NCBI GenBank assembly: GCA_964016885.1
Contig: OZ024740.1
Span: 148,242,001-148,306,000 of the forward strand
Direction: 5' to 3'
Length of the DNA stretch: 64,000 nt
Origin: Eledone cirrhosa
Taxonomy: Eukaryota
Below, in pieces: positions 23,632 to 37,368 of this stretch; the stretch's first letter is position 1, and every line of letters starts with the position of its first letter. The translations under genes were made by a program, and so were the position numbers. The notes beneath the pieces were generated by a model. The model worked only from the letters and a program-made list of their open reading frames with translations, did no database searches and had not been told where the DNA came from.

Positions 23632-24243
23632 CATGGTGGCTGCCAACTCGTTTTCGAGTACGGCCACTACTTTATATCCATGTAGGAGAACCCCTACCGA
23701 TGCGCTGAACGAGTGTGACTTTTTAATCCAGCCAGCGACTTGAAAACTCAGGTACAAACACTACACTTGTGACAATTATTGTCACATAGAGCTGGGCCCA
23801 TGGTACCCTGTGACGACAAGTGCAGAGAGATCTCCAGATATAGAGAAATGCCTGTGCCGTGAAGCTTTTATAGTGAGCAAAGGCACTGCACAAAGCCAGT
23901 CCCACTCTCTTAACCAAGATGATATTTACCAAAAAGAAGAACAAGTCAACATCATTGGATACAATCAGGGTTGCAGCTGTTATATCAGAGTTTTCCTTCT
24001 CCTAGAATTCTGCCTTGACAAAAGCTAAGGGGTCATCTCTCCCGGTGATTTTGGATGGCCATTGACTCTTAAGAGGTCCTTTGCCCTTTGACAGGTTTTG
24101 TTTTTAGTCCTGCAGGATGTCCAAAGTCACCCTCCTCATTAAGAAACCTTGGTGGGGTTGCCAGTTTAGTTGCCAACGACCCGATCATGAGACAGGTTGT
24201 ACTGGGATACTTGTTACCAGTAGCACCAACTGGTGACCTGACA
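23632..24243 (-). mobile_element. Repeat family U (probable RTE-type 5' region or derived SINE)
   Basis: Homologous to 56538-57030 (CAGGTCAC..TGCTACTGGTA..GGGTCGTTGGC..CTAGGAGAAGG..ACTCTGATAT). Confidence 0.65.
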
Positions 24244-24259
24244 TATATACATACATACA

Positions 24260-24337
<78 letters not shown>

Positions 24338-25381
24338 AAATTGTGTGCCTTACACGAGAAGTCATTTTTAATTCTTGAAAACCGGTCCCTTGTTGAAGTA
24401 AAATTTAGCATCTTCTAATATCGCCCGCAGGAATAGTTACAATGTAAATGAGACTAATTATTTCGACACCACTATTGAAAGGAACGATGAGGGTTTACAA
24501 TATGACTAAAAATTTTAGATTTGAGGAAGTCCGGACAACTTTTGCCAACAGCTGTATCTTCATGATAATGAGTTATAACGTATTTTCTAGCGAAACGTAT
24601 GGTAGAATTATTGACTAGGTAAACATTTTTATGGAAGAAGTTAAAATGCTCTTAACTCTCATGGTTAGGCAAAATTTTAATAGGGAAATGTTTTTACAGC
24701 GCTTTTGTCCTAGTATTGGTATTAAGCGGAAAATTTTAAGAAAGTTCGGGGCTAATTCAGGCTTGCCGCTGACTATCGAATGGCTAAATGTTGGGAAGGA
24801 AGATATAGTAGAAATGAGCTAATGTAAGTTGTGGTTGGTAATATCGAGAGTTTTAAAAAACTGTTAATATTATTATTTTTCCCATCAAGGGTAACTTCGC
24901 CTTTCATCCTTCCGAGGTCGATAAAATAAAATAGTACTGAGATACAGGGATCTATACAACCGACTTTCTCCTTGTAGACTTTGTAGTTCAATTAAACACC
25001 ATAGTTATTTTGGATTTTATTTTTTAACTTTAATTTAGTCAGTCATAGAGTTTGGCATCCTTTATTGTAAATTTCTGTTTTTATATGTAAAGGGTGTTTG
25101 CTGAGTTCGGCAAGAGGGCATATATGAGTAATGACAATTACGTAATGGGGTCATAGTTGCAGTAGATTATTATATAGAAACTGCGAATTACGATAGTTGC
25201 ATCCTGATGACGTCCGTCACCCGCATACCAGTAATTGATGAATGTCGTGGTAGTTTTTTTCTTGGAGGGGTTTCAACATGGTTTAGAAGGGTGTGTGTGA
25301 TTTATCCTGGTGAATGAGGTTGCATATAGGTGCATAGATTACGTTTGCTTGAGTTCGTTCATGGTTTTGATTCGATCTGGA

Positions 25382-25655
<274 letters not shown>

Positions 25656-25662
25656 TATATAT

Positions 25663-25799
<137 letters not shown>

Positions 25800-26503
25800 T
25801 ATATATCCTCTATGTGACATAATGTCACACTATGCGATCCCATAACTAGAAATATTGAACTCCGTTGATAATTCGTTCCATCGTTCCGGATGACATGCAT
25901 TTTCTCGAATTATTTTTGAAATAACAGTTCGTTTCTGTGTGTGATATTTCGACTGCTCACAGGACGTTACAATGAAACTGTACAGTTCGGAGCCTCTTTT
26001 GTGTTCCCACACAAATTCGTTTATCCAGTATGTATCGTATTGTGTCCATTCTGATATGCAGATTCATATTTAGAACATACAATTTTTGTAAAATCATGGA
26101 ATGAGTAGAAAACGGTGATCCTAGATGAAATATAATTGTCTGGCTCGTTATAATTGTATATAATTGTATATAATTATATATATATATATATGAAGTTATG
26201 TATAGTATATTTGGCAATATACTATATGTTTAATTAAAAACATTTAGAAGACCATTCGGTGTCATTTTTAAAGTAGTGACAATGTCACTTACTTATATTT
26301 TCGGCAAGGGCTGGGAGAATGGCTGGAAGATGTTTCTCGCTGCTCGGCGTTTATCAAAGCCACGCACTCACCTACCTTTGCCGAGAATTATAGAAGCTCG
26401 ATTCTTATAGAATTCCAGTAATAATCAGATGATTACACAGAGCGATTGCCAGTCCAGCAAAAATTCACGTGTACATCGCTATTTCAGAGCATCAATACTA
26501 ATA

Positions 26504-26587
<84 letters not shown>

Positions 26588-26657
26588 TTTGAAGGTTCAC
26601 CACTGGATAGAGCTGGTCAATTCCATACATATATGTGTGTGTGTGTGTGTGTATCTG

Positions 26658-26755
<98 letters not shown>

Positions 26756-26756
26756 C

Positions 26757-27027
26757 GCAAAGAGACGAGAAGGCGGCCAAACAATTAACAGTTGCAAGTC
26801 CGGTCGGCCGTCCTTGGAAACTGCTAATTGTTTGGCAGCCTTCTCGTCTCTCTGCCTTTTCAACCCCATGGATCGTGTTTATTATATTCCTTTGTTAAAT
26901 TTCAAATACCTGATGATGTCACCAGATTCATACCGAACCCGGTCATTGAAATGTTCATAGTATAATAAACCTTTAAGGAATTACATCAGCCCAACCTCCT
27001 GTTATTTTATAATAATTAACTCCGTAA
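26757..27027 (+). mobile_element. Fold-back plus degenerate HHR (CTGATGA at ~26910, GAACCCGGTC)
   Basis: Arms 26757-26798 and 26813-26854. Flanked by (TA)n. Confidence 0.6.
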
Positions 27028-27060
27028 ATATATATATATATATATAATATTATATATATA

Positions 27061-27552
27061 TGAAAATAATAGGCTGCCCGTTGCAAATGGTGGGGCATGT
27101 GAAAAAGTAGGTCCTTCATCAGTGACCCTCCAACCGTCCCAGGCATTTCATCGCTTTAAGGGCCATATGCCTCAGGTTGGTGCGAACAACGGCTAAAAAA
27201 AGTCGTTGGGACACGTAAACAAAGGGGACACCAGGGTAACAAACAAAAAAGTTTAAGCAACGGAAAGTGAGAAGAAATAGACAAGTCCCAGATCTCTATG
27301 AATATAAACTCGGTGAAATCGGGAACAAGAGACAAAAGACCATCAAACCTGGTTGAAATGTGAGCAAGGAAAGAATTTCGCCCAAGTTTGACGGGGGGGG
27401 GGGGGGGAAAGAGAGCGAGAAAAGAGAGAAGAAGAAGAAGAAGAAGAAGAAGAAGAAGAAGAAGAAGAAGATAAAGGGGTCTGGTCTACGAATTCGGTAA
27501 ACATAAGTTTTGTGAAGTCGCAGACGAAAGAGAGAGAGAAAAAAATTTCCAT
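27061..27552 (-). mobile_element. Repeat family W
   Basis: Homologous to 14390-14930. Confidence 0.55.
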
Positions 27553-27785
27553 ATATATATGTATGCTCTGATTAGTTTTTCTGTTGTTTTTGGTATTGAA
27601 TGGCCGGGTTTTGGCTGCCGCAATTTTCAATTTGTCAAGCTATCTAAACGTATGTTATTACTCTGATAGCCTACCCTTATTGAGTGCTATGCTACTCATT
27701 CCTAATTGTAGGTCGATTTTGCTTGGTCGCAGCCAAAGCTTCGATTTTACTAAGCTTCCACTTGTATATATATATATATATATAT

Positions 27786-28092
27786 ATATTGAAAGGATAA
27801 CAAGGACGATTGGTTACTTCTTCATTACATTTGTTGGCAGGTGACCCTTTAAAAGGGTCCGTCGAGCTGCCGATTATAGAGTCGGGTAAGATCGATACAG
27901 ATCGAAACTTGAGCTGATCAGTGGCGAAACGCGCGTCACCTACCAATAAATGTAATGAAGGACTAACCAATCGTCCTTGTTATCATTTCAATATATTACA
28001 CTCTGTATATCTCTACACCTCAACACAGAAGTGAAACTAAACATCGAGTGCTCACACGGGTGAACCTGCAGTAACTCCAAGTTATACTCCCT
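27786..28092. mobile_element. PLE-derived fold-back with degenerate long-stem-II HHR and tail
   Basis: Arms 27786-27845 and 27935-27994. GGT-CCGTCGA-GCTG...GTGGC-GAAA-CGCGCG-TC-ACC. The tail contains ATCGAGTGCTC. Confidence 0.75.
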
Positions 28093-28107
28093 ATATATAT
28101 ATAGCAA

Positions 28108-28151
<44 letters not shown>

Positions 28152-28657
28152 CAACCACCTACTCGCCGTAAGGCACCAATCACATTCTTTCTGACTTGAC
28201 CACTGCCACGTCACAGTTCTTAGCCTTTCTGAATTCGTTTCTGGCGGGGATCATTTAAGAAAAATCTTCGTCCAAGTGCGTTTGTTTCCTGATGATTTCG
28301 AAACTCGTGCATTTATCCTTGATCGGATATTTCCAAAAGCGAATGAACCCCATGGGGTAGAAACGTAACTTTGGTATGTTTATATACATTTTTTCTTCTA
28401 ACTTTGATTTTATATCTAATTGTGTATGGTTGACGATATATTTAATTGATTTCCACGTTCTATTAGAAATACTGGATAAATATTCTATAGTTGTTGATCG
28501 CGAATAGATAGCTGTCGTTTATTTATCTACTATTTCTTCATAGGTGTGGTTGATTATCTACTATTTCTTCATAGGTGTGGTTTTGTGTGGTTGATTATGC
28601 TGATTGGGAGAGGAAATGGTGTATATATTTTATCAAATGATTCTATGGACATACTTT

Positions 28658-28708
<51 letters not shown>

Positions 28709-28712
<4 letters not shown>

Positions 28713-29362
28713 TTGCGAGGTTTTTTATATGAAATCGTGTGTCGAAACAGATATTGTTATATTTGGGGAGGGTCATATTTGCGTAATATTGCCAGAATTA
28801 ATAACAGAACACACTCACTGTTTGGTTGGTTTTCGCTTCTCGCTGTCTTTTATATATATATATCTGCGATCTAACTTACTCGGTCCTCAATGTTGCCATT
28901 GACTGACCGGCGGTCAAAAATAATACAGATACAATATAGACAAACACATATATATATAGTTTACATAATTTACATAAATCTTTCGTTGCACATCTGCAAC
29001 ATCGTCAGTGGTGTTATATTCATTGTTCCTCCTGTTGTGTTGTATGTCTACGCCATTTTTTTTTTGCGTAGACATACAACACAACAGGAGGAACAATGAA
29101 TATAACACCACTGACGATGTTGCAGATGTGCAACGAAAGATTTATGTAAATTATGTAAACTATATATATATGTGTTTGTCTATATTGTATCTGTATTATT
29201 TTTGACCGCCGGTCAGTCAATGGCAACATTGAGGACCGAGTAAGTTAGATCGCAGATATATATATATATAAAAGACAGCGAGAAGCGAAAACCAACCAAA
29301 CAGTGAGTGTGTTCTGTTATTAATTCTGGCAATATTACGCAAATATGACCCTCCCCAAATAT

Positions 29363-29370
<8 letters not shown>
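28709..29370. mobile_element. Family Y' near-perfect ~300-bp-arm palindrome
   Basis: Arms ~28751-29053 and 29066-29370 around a 12-nt spacer (CA followed by T10). Extra tail 28709-28750. Confidence 0.92.
29107..29147 (+). ncRNA. Type I HHR (mirror copy at ~28972-29012, minus)
   Basis: CTGACGA-T-GTTGCA(GATG)TGCAAC-GAAA-GATT-TA. Stem I is short. Confidence 0.72.
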
Positions 29371-29421
<51 letters not shown>

Positions 29422-29500
29422 CGTATGTATCTATCTATCTATCTATCTATCTATCGATATATATATAGAGAGAGATAGATAGATACATAAATACGTACAT

Positions 29501-29552
<52 letters not shown>

Positions 29553-29557
<5 letters not shown>

Positions 29558-29780
29558 TACTTGGGGAGGGTCATATTTATGTAATATTGCCAGAATTAAT
29601 AACAGAACACACTCACTGTTTGGTTGGTTTTCGCTTTTCGCTTCTGTGTCTTTTATATCGGTAAGTGTGTTCTGTTATTAATTCTGGCAATATTACACTA
29701 ATATGACCCTCCCCAAGTATAACGATATTTGTTTCGCGACACGATTTCAAACCTCTCAAAACTAATTCATCGCCGTTATA
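29553..29780. mobile_element. Family Y' mini fold-back with tail
   Basis: Arms ~29554-29611 and ~29665-29723. Confidence 0.8.
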
Positions 29781-31160
29781 TATATATATATATATATTTA
29801 ACCACACACACACATATATCTATATGTATACATTCATATAAGGCAAACAACGTTATTCTAACTAGTTTTCCAGTAGTTAACTAATGTCAAAGGTTGAAAG
29901 GTCGCTCGACTCTTGTTATCACAAACAGATAAACACAAGCGCCTTCCTAATACATACCGGAGATTTTAACGGCAAAGAAGGATTTCACGTGTCAGTTAAT
30001 CAGATAGCTGTTTCTTTCTCCTCTTTACGCACGTCAGATTGTGTCCTTTGTCAGTGGCGTCGTTCTACCATCTACTTACTTCTTCGTTGGCAATCGTACA
30101 CAACCTGTCATTGTGCCTATTTCTCCCCTCTGTAACTCTACTTTAGCCGACCACCACGAACATTACTCCCATCACCACTTCTGTGTGAACCCCACCACCA
30201 CTATTTTCGTGTATCTATTCAATATCAGGAAGTATCCACTCAGTCAAATGGCGTGAACTAATTGTTAGAAAGACTTACTAATAGATTGATCAACAAGCCT
30301 TAAGAACAATTCTGACACCTCTAAAACATCCTTCACTAAGTCAAGCCTTCACTTTGTTGAACCTGTGTTTATTTGATAATTTATTAAATTATGAATACAT
30401 TTATTGCATGATTTAAAGCGTTGTACTCTATCTATGTTAGAACTCAATACATTTATTTATTTCGTATGGCATACAAATAACATTCTCGGCGTTTTTCATG
30501 GAATGGTGTATCCTTTGTATCGACGTAGCCGTTATCGTTGCCCTTGTTTAAGATTAGGTTAGACGTGGTCAAACAGGCCTATGATTAAAGGTATTCTAAC
30601 AGAGACTATTCCGCCTTTTCAGACATAGAATATTCCAGGCTTTATTATGCTATATGTCCTTCCTATTTTTAATGACGGTATAGTGTTGCTTGTGATAGAT
30701 TTGATTGCAGCTTCTAGCAGATTGAACTACCAAATCAAAGTTTCATTGTAATTGATACTAGTCATCGTGTCATTCTGTTAATAGGCTCCAGTTTAGCGAA
30801 AAGGAAAGTATTAAAAATAAGTTAATTAATCAAGAAAATTGATATAATATCATGTAGAAAAGAGATTACATATTGTAGGCAGAACATTAGAAAGATATAG
30901 AAAGAAGAGAAAGCGGTGGTAAAAGAGCTGACATAAAGGGAGAAAGGATGGGATGAAAGAGAAATAAGGAGATGAAGAATAAAACTGAGAGACTAGAAGA
31001 GAATATAGGCGGGATAGAAGGCGAAATAAAAGGGAGGGAGAGTGACTGACTGACGGGTGGAAATGAAAAGGTGGGACAAGAAGAATTGAAAAAAATAACC
31101 GGTAGTGAAAGATGGGAGCCACACAGAGCGCATGGTAATAAAGAGAGAATAGAAAGAGAG

Positions 31161-31306
<146 letters not shown>

Positions 31307-33087
31307 CGAGAATGAGAGCGAGAGTGTTATGGGTGGTAGAGAGATAAAAGAAGTTTTGAGTAATCTAGAAATAAATTAAATTATAAGATAAAAAGAAAAT
31401 GAAAGGATTCTGCTGCCATATTCAAGGAAAGCATCCGAAGAATGGTCGAAAACAGCTCGTATACTGAGATTAATCTTTTAATTGCATAGATGTTTAACCT
31501 GTGAAGATAGACATTTCCATAATTTCATGAGAATTGTTTTCTTTTATTGTTCAATATCTAATCAAACACAGCCAATTTAGTTTAGTTTATTTCCTGTAGC
31601 AACTGACAGATGACAACGTCACATCTTTATCTTTATACTCGGCCTATATTGTTTATAAAGAAATAGTTTATAATATCCTAGATATTTGGTCAAATAATAT
31701 TCTGTTGAGTTTCTTTGCAATTCGACTGGCTGTCTATACTTGACATATTTATCATAATAGAACACAAGGCTTAATATTTTATCTATTTTATTTATTGAAT
31801 TAATAAAACCATCATTATAATCATTTATACTAATTCATTTAATTTTATCACTGTGTGGTCTATATTGGAATACAGCACATGATTATCTCGATTTTTTATT
31901 TTACGTCTGATATATTTTTTAATTCTTAAAGAAGAATTTGTCCGGTTAAAAAATATTCTCGGTGATTGTTTTGTTAACTGATGATACAGTAGATTTTCAC
32001 AACACACTGTGAGCTATGGTTATGAAATTCACCAAGTATCCAACACTGAATGCCGTCATCAAATCTCCACCTGGCAATAAATAAATGAATAAATAAATAA
32101 ATACATAATGAATAAATGTGAAATTAATGTGAAATAGAAAGTCATACATGAAATAAAATATGTCACGAGAAAATCATAACTATGAATTATGATGACAATA
32201 ATTTCATCAAAACTGGTAACAAATGACTTGGTTAGTTTCATCTTCAGAAATGCTGAAGATATTGAATAATATTGATCTGATTATAATAGCTATGTTAACA
32301 ACGATAGTTACTGATTTAGGATCTAAGCCAAATGTCTTGGCATAGAAAGAGGATATAGCAAATGAGTTTATAATACAAATGATTTTATAATACAAATACC
32401 TCGCCACAGAAAAAGAACTATTAGTGTTCCTTTTTACACCAACAGAAAATAATTTAGCTCAAATGAGTCTTTAACCGCATATTCAATAGCGGCCATTCCA
32501 CTCAATCAGCAGAGGGTGTAGCACAAACTCCCTTAGTTCATCTGGCTTTCTGTGTCTACTGTTGCTCAATTCTGATTCAATTGGCGTAAAGCTATCTGTA
32601 ATTCTTTCTCTGTTCATCATTCATTCCGTTAAAATTATTGTTTAATATAATATTGATTGACACATACCTTTCTGCGTTATTCGCCGCTGAGATATCCGTT
32701 TTTCCCGGTCTCCAGGCTGCCGTTTACCGCCAAATCAAGTTGATAGCATCACGCTCGAAAAAGGAAGCCGTGAGATAAAATGGATGATGCCGCGTGTATC
32801 ACTGACTATTATCCGCGGGAACACTTTCAGCATATTGTCCGCCAATTGGAGCTGAGATGTGCCGTCCAGTTAAGAGTGTAGAATCTGACAACTCCCAACC
32901 ATCTATTTTCTTTTCTCTTTCTTTTTCTCATATAAAGTTCTGTTTAACTATATTAAGTACAATACTTAAGAGGGAGTCTGGTCTTTAGTTGTATGCTAAC
33001 AAATCTCATTGCATCTCACCTGCGAAGCATAATCTAACCGTCACTGCTAGATATTAGAGCGACAGTGATGTAGGTTTTTGAGAATGA

Positions 33088-33476
33088 AACACACACACAC
33101 ACTCACACACATAGACACACACACACATACACACACACACACACAAACACACACACATACCCCCCCACACACACAAACACACAAACACACACACACATAC
33201 ACACACATACACACACACAAACATACACACATACACATACCCATACACATACACATACACATACACACACATACACACACACAAACACACACACACATAC
33301 ACACACATACACACACATACACACACACAAACCTACATACACACACATACACACACACACACACATACACACACACACAAACACACACACAAACACACAC
33401 ACATACACATACATACACACACATACACACACATACACACACACAAACATACACACGCCCTCTGTGTGTGTGTGTG

Positions 33477-33567
<91 letters not shown>

Positions 33568-33600
33568 ATGTGTGTGTGTATATATACATACCCCCCTCAT
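33088..33600. repeat. Degenerate (CA)n/(TA)n microsatellite block
   Basis: Directly visible. Source of several spurious ORFs. Confidence 0.95.
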
Positions 33601-33629
33601 ATTTATTAGTGTGTGTGTGTGTGTGTGAA

Positions 33630-33895
33630 GGTGTGTGGTTAGATAATTGGATTAACAATCGTGAGATTGTGAGTTCTATTCCCGGACCGGGCGATGTGTT
33701 GAGTCCTTGAGCAAGACACTTTACTTCACGTTGCTCCAGTTCACTCAGCTGTAGAAATGGCGTCATTGGTGCCTTTTCCTTTCCCTTGGACAATATTGGT
33801 GACGTGAAGGGAGGAAACTGATTGATATGCATAGGCAACTGCTACCCTTCGACAGACACAAACTTTCTAGGCAAAAATCCCATGGTCATATTTAC
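33630..33895 (+). mobile_element. SINE S2, near full length
   Basis: tRNA-like head (TGGTTAG..; GTTCTATTCC box B) followed by the S2 core. Confidence 0.75.
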
Positions 33896-33944
33896 GTGCA
33901 TCCATTCATCAATATATGCATATATATGCATACATACACATATA

Positions 33945-34149
33945 ATCGTTTATTATATAGGCACAAGGCCAGTAATTTGGGGGGAAGGGAAAGTCGATTA
34001 AATCGACCCCAGTGCGTGACTGGTACTTTATTTTATCGACCCATAAGGATGAAAGGCAAAGTTAACCTCGGCGGGATTTGAGCTCAGATCATAAAGAGCC
34101 GTAACGCATGGCATCCGACCCTCTACCGATACTGCCAATCCACCGCCCT
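33945..34149 (-). mobile_element. SINE S1
   Basis: Full head ending CCACCGCCC. Confidence 0.9.
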
Positions 34150-34814
34150 CTGTATACATACACATATAATTTTTTCTACTTTAGGCACAAGGCCAGCAAT
34201 TGCCCAGTGCATACACATATTATAAAAACCAGACCTATATGTAAATGAGCATCACCATAAATGTACCTTCTGCAAAAATCTATACAAGTTTTTAATTTAT
34301 TTTACCTCAAGACCGAATGAGAAAAAGTCACTAAAGCAGGATAAATCTACTGAAGAGCAGGGTTTGCCTTCTAACGTATTTACTGGAGTAGTTATAACAT
34401 GATAACTGCTTGGAATATCCAGAGGGAAATGCATGCTTTGCAGCATAGAGTTACGGCGCTTTACGGTGTGAGTTAAATTTCCGCCGAGGTTAACTTGCTG
34501 GCCTTGTGCCATAAGTAGAAATAATTATTCTTCCTTATTACGTATCACACTGTCCACTCTGCTGTAGAAATGAGCTGCGACGCACTAATGCCAAAATGTA
34601 TCGGCCTTTACCTTTCTCTTTCCTTTGGACAAAATCGGTGGGGTCGAGAGAGGAGACTGTTATACAAGGGCCACTGCTGGTCTTCAACAGAATCACTTTG
34701 CCTAAGCTTACTGCTAATTCCTCTTTCTCTCTCTGTCGACACACACATCCACCACCCACCACACACACACACACCATCCACCACATCACACACACACACA
34801 CCACACCTCACCAC

Positions 34815-34940
<126 letters not shown>

Positions 34941-35215
34941 TTATTACATTTGTATAAAACAGCTCCAGGATCCTTAACTGGTTGAGCTGATGTGACTATA
35001 ATTTCCGCTCCTATTGCTAGCGAATGTACGTCCACTTTTTGTTGATATGTCTTGCCTAGGGATTGACGTCGTCGCCGTTGTAGTTACATCATGTGTTTTT
35101 CCATGTGTGTTTAGCATGGTGTGGTGTGTTAAACTTCTCTCCAGATATCTATAAGTATATTGCTCTATATACTACTTTTTTTGCTTCTATTTTCCATTAG
35201 AATGCTAAAGACTAT

Positions 35216-35338
35216 ACCTCTGACGAGTTTTCTGAGTCTGCTGTGGTTTAATCTTAATCGATAGTTTGTGAGCGATATCCGTTCACATGAATCGATTTTA
35301 AATTACAGTTTACAGTTAACGAAATGGCACCATAAGGT
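35216..35338 (+). ncRNA. Type I HHR with ~94-nt stem II
   Basis: ACCT-CTGACGA-GTT...[long hairpin]...AAC-GAAA-TGG(CA)CCA-TA-AGGT. Confidence 0.78.
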
Positions 35339-35391
35339 CTCTTTTGATTCCATCTTGAATACATGTTTTTCTCTGTAATATGTATTACTTT

Positions 35392-35459
<68 letters not shown>

Positions 35460-35519
35460 ATTTATTATAAATTTCCGGTTGGCTGGCTGGTTCTATAAGC
35501 GGATGGTTTTTCATATATT

Positions 35520-35562
35520 GTCAAAGTTCTTTCGTCACACATTCTGTGACCTCTTCAGTGAC
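35520..35562 (-). ncRNA. Family Y type I HHR (within Y fragment ~35457-35725)
   Basis: GTCA-CTGAAGA-G-GTCACA..TGTGAC-GAAA-GAAC-TT-TGAC. Confidence 0.8.
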
Positions 35563-35878
35563 TGGGGATTCTTTTCTTTATTTTGTGCCTCTCCTTTGTT
35601 CTGTCCTACGCCATCTTGTTTTTGTGTGTCTTGTGTGCTTAGTTTGCGCATGTGTTACATCCGGGTGTCTGTGTGTGTTTTTATTTGTTTATTTACATAT
35701 TAACTGTAAAACTAGAAACATAGTATATATATTTATTTATTTATTTATTCATCCGTATATAGTTGACGGACGAGAGAAAACCGTACTTAGTACCGTAGTG
35801 GAGTTTAAATATTCATTTATTATGGGTAAGTATTAAGTCTTGTTACTCATGCGTTTCACCAGCGCACACAGGATCATC

Positions 35879-35937
<59 letters not shown>

Positions 35938-35971
35938 AATAATCAAAGAGTGCTTAGAAATACATTGTTTT

Positions 35972-36025
35972 ATTAGCTAACAGTGTTTCATCCGTACCCT
36001 AAGGCAGGAATCATCAGAGCCTATA
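35972..36025 (-). ncRNA. Type I HHR
   Basis: GGCT-CTGATGA-TTCC(TGCCTTAGGGTAC)GGAT-GAAA-CACTG-TT-AGCT. Confidence 0.7.
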
Positions 36026-37015
36026 AACAAGAGTATATCAATAGTTGCATGCTCCATCAAGCTGCGTCACCAGAACAAGGTTAAGGGGCCAGCAGGGGGG
36101 TTCCCGAGGCCAGCGCTAAATAGAAACAGACACAATTCATGACGCATATACTGTCATAAAATGTAAAATATGTCATAATAAATGTCAGAAAAAATTACAT
36201 CAAAGATCACATAAAAAATTTATCATTTACATGGTGCAATAGATGACAAGGAGGTTGGGAGAGGGTAGCAGCGAATGAGTGAAGGTGTTGTTACTCAGCA
36301 TGATCAAAAACAATAAAAGCAATAAAAACAATATATATATGTATATATATGAAGTATTTCCGTCGGAAAAGTACAGGAAAAAAGAGTGATCTATGTAGGC
36401 TACAGAGCTTAATAATAACGAAGGTTCAATACATTAATACATCATTTAATTGATATACATATATTTCATTCATCTACAAAGGATGCACCATTTAATTCCT
36501 TTGAGAGAAAACGTCAGAATTATATGCAGATCGGTGGTTATTTTGGCAGGAGGCTTGAGACATACATTAGAAAGACTTAGGTGATTTAACTCTTCCTTGA
36601 GCGGTCTTAGGTCGGGGAATGAGGTTGAATATAGTTACTTAGTTTACGTTTGCTTGAGTTCGTGGCTGGATGTATTTATGTTCATGTTAAAGCAATTGAT
36701 GGTCTTAGTTACACACTCACATACACAGGTACATAACAAAATATATGTATATATATATATATATCCATACGTATACTATACGTATACTATACGTATACTA
36801 TACGTACATATATATATATATATATGAAAAATAGTTTAATTAGGAATAAGTAAAAATTAGTAATAAGTATTGATTAGTATTCAGTTTTAGTTTTAAGTTT
36901 TTACCGGTTGCGCATTTCTAATGCTTTTCAAAAATAATTTTGAGATAGAGCACCCGTGGCAAACATCACGGGCGCTTTATCCTAATTAAACTATTTTCTT
37001 TTCCTTTTCCTTTTA

Positions 37016-37083
<68 letters not shown>

Positions 37084-37287
37084 TATATATATATATATAT
37101 ATAAGCAAAGAGAAATAAAAGGACGGAGTGTGGAGATAAGAGTTATCGAATATTTGTGTGTGTATGCATATAGGTATATATGGAGGTGCGTATGTATGTT
37201 TGTACCTATTTGTGTGTGTGTGTGTGTCTGTGTGTCTGTGTGTGTGTGTGTGAGTGTGTGTGTGTGTGTGTGTCTGTGTGTGTGTGT

Positions 37288-37368
<81 letters not shown>

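Noticed and set aside
25200-25250. CTGATGA as an HHR core (similar cases at 28289, 41173, 63428)
   Set aside because: No compatible stem II/GAAA/stem I arrangement could be completed.
28890-29229. Duplicated 65-69 aa ORFs on both strands
   Set aside because: By-product of the palindrome in non-coding pLTR sequence.
29715-29780. Antisense HHR in the family Y/Y' tail (GGCGATGA...GCGAAACAAATATC)
   Set aside because: The core is non-canonical, stem II is poor and it is not conserved in the other tails. The family already has a good sense-strand HHR.
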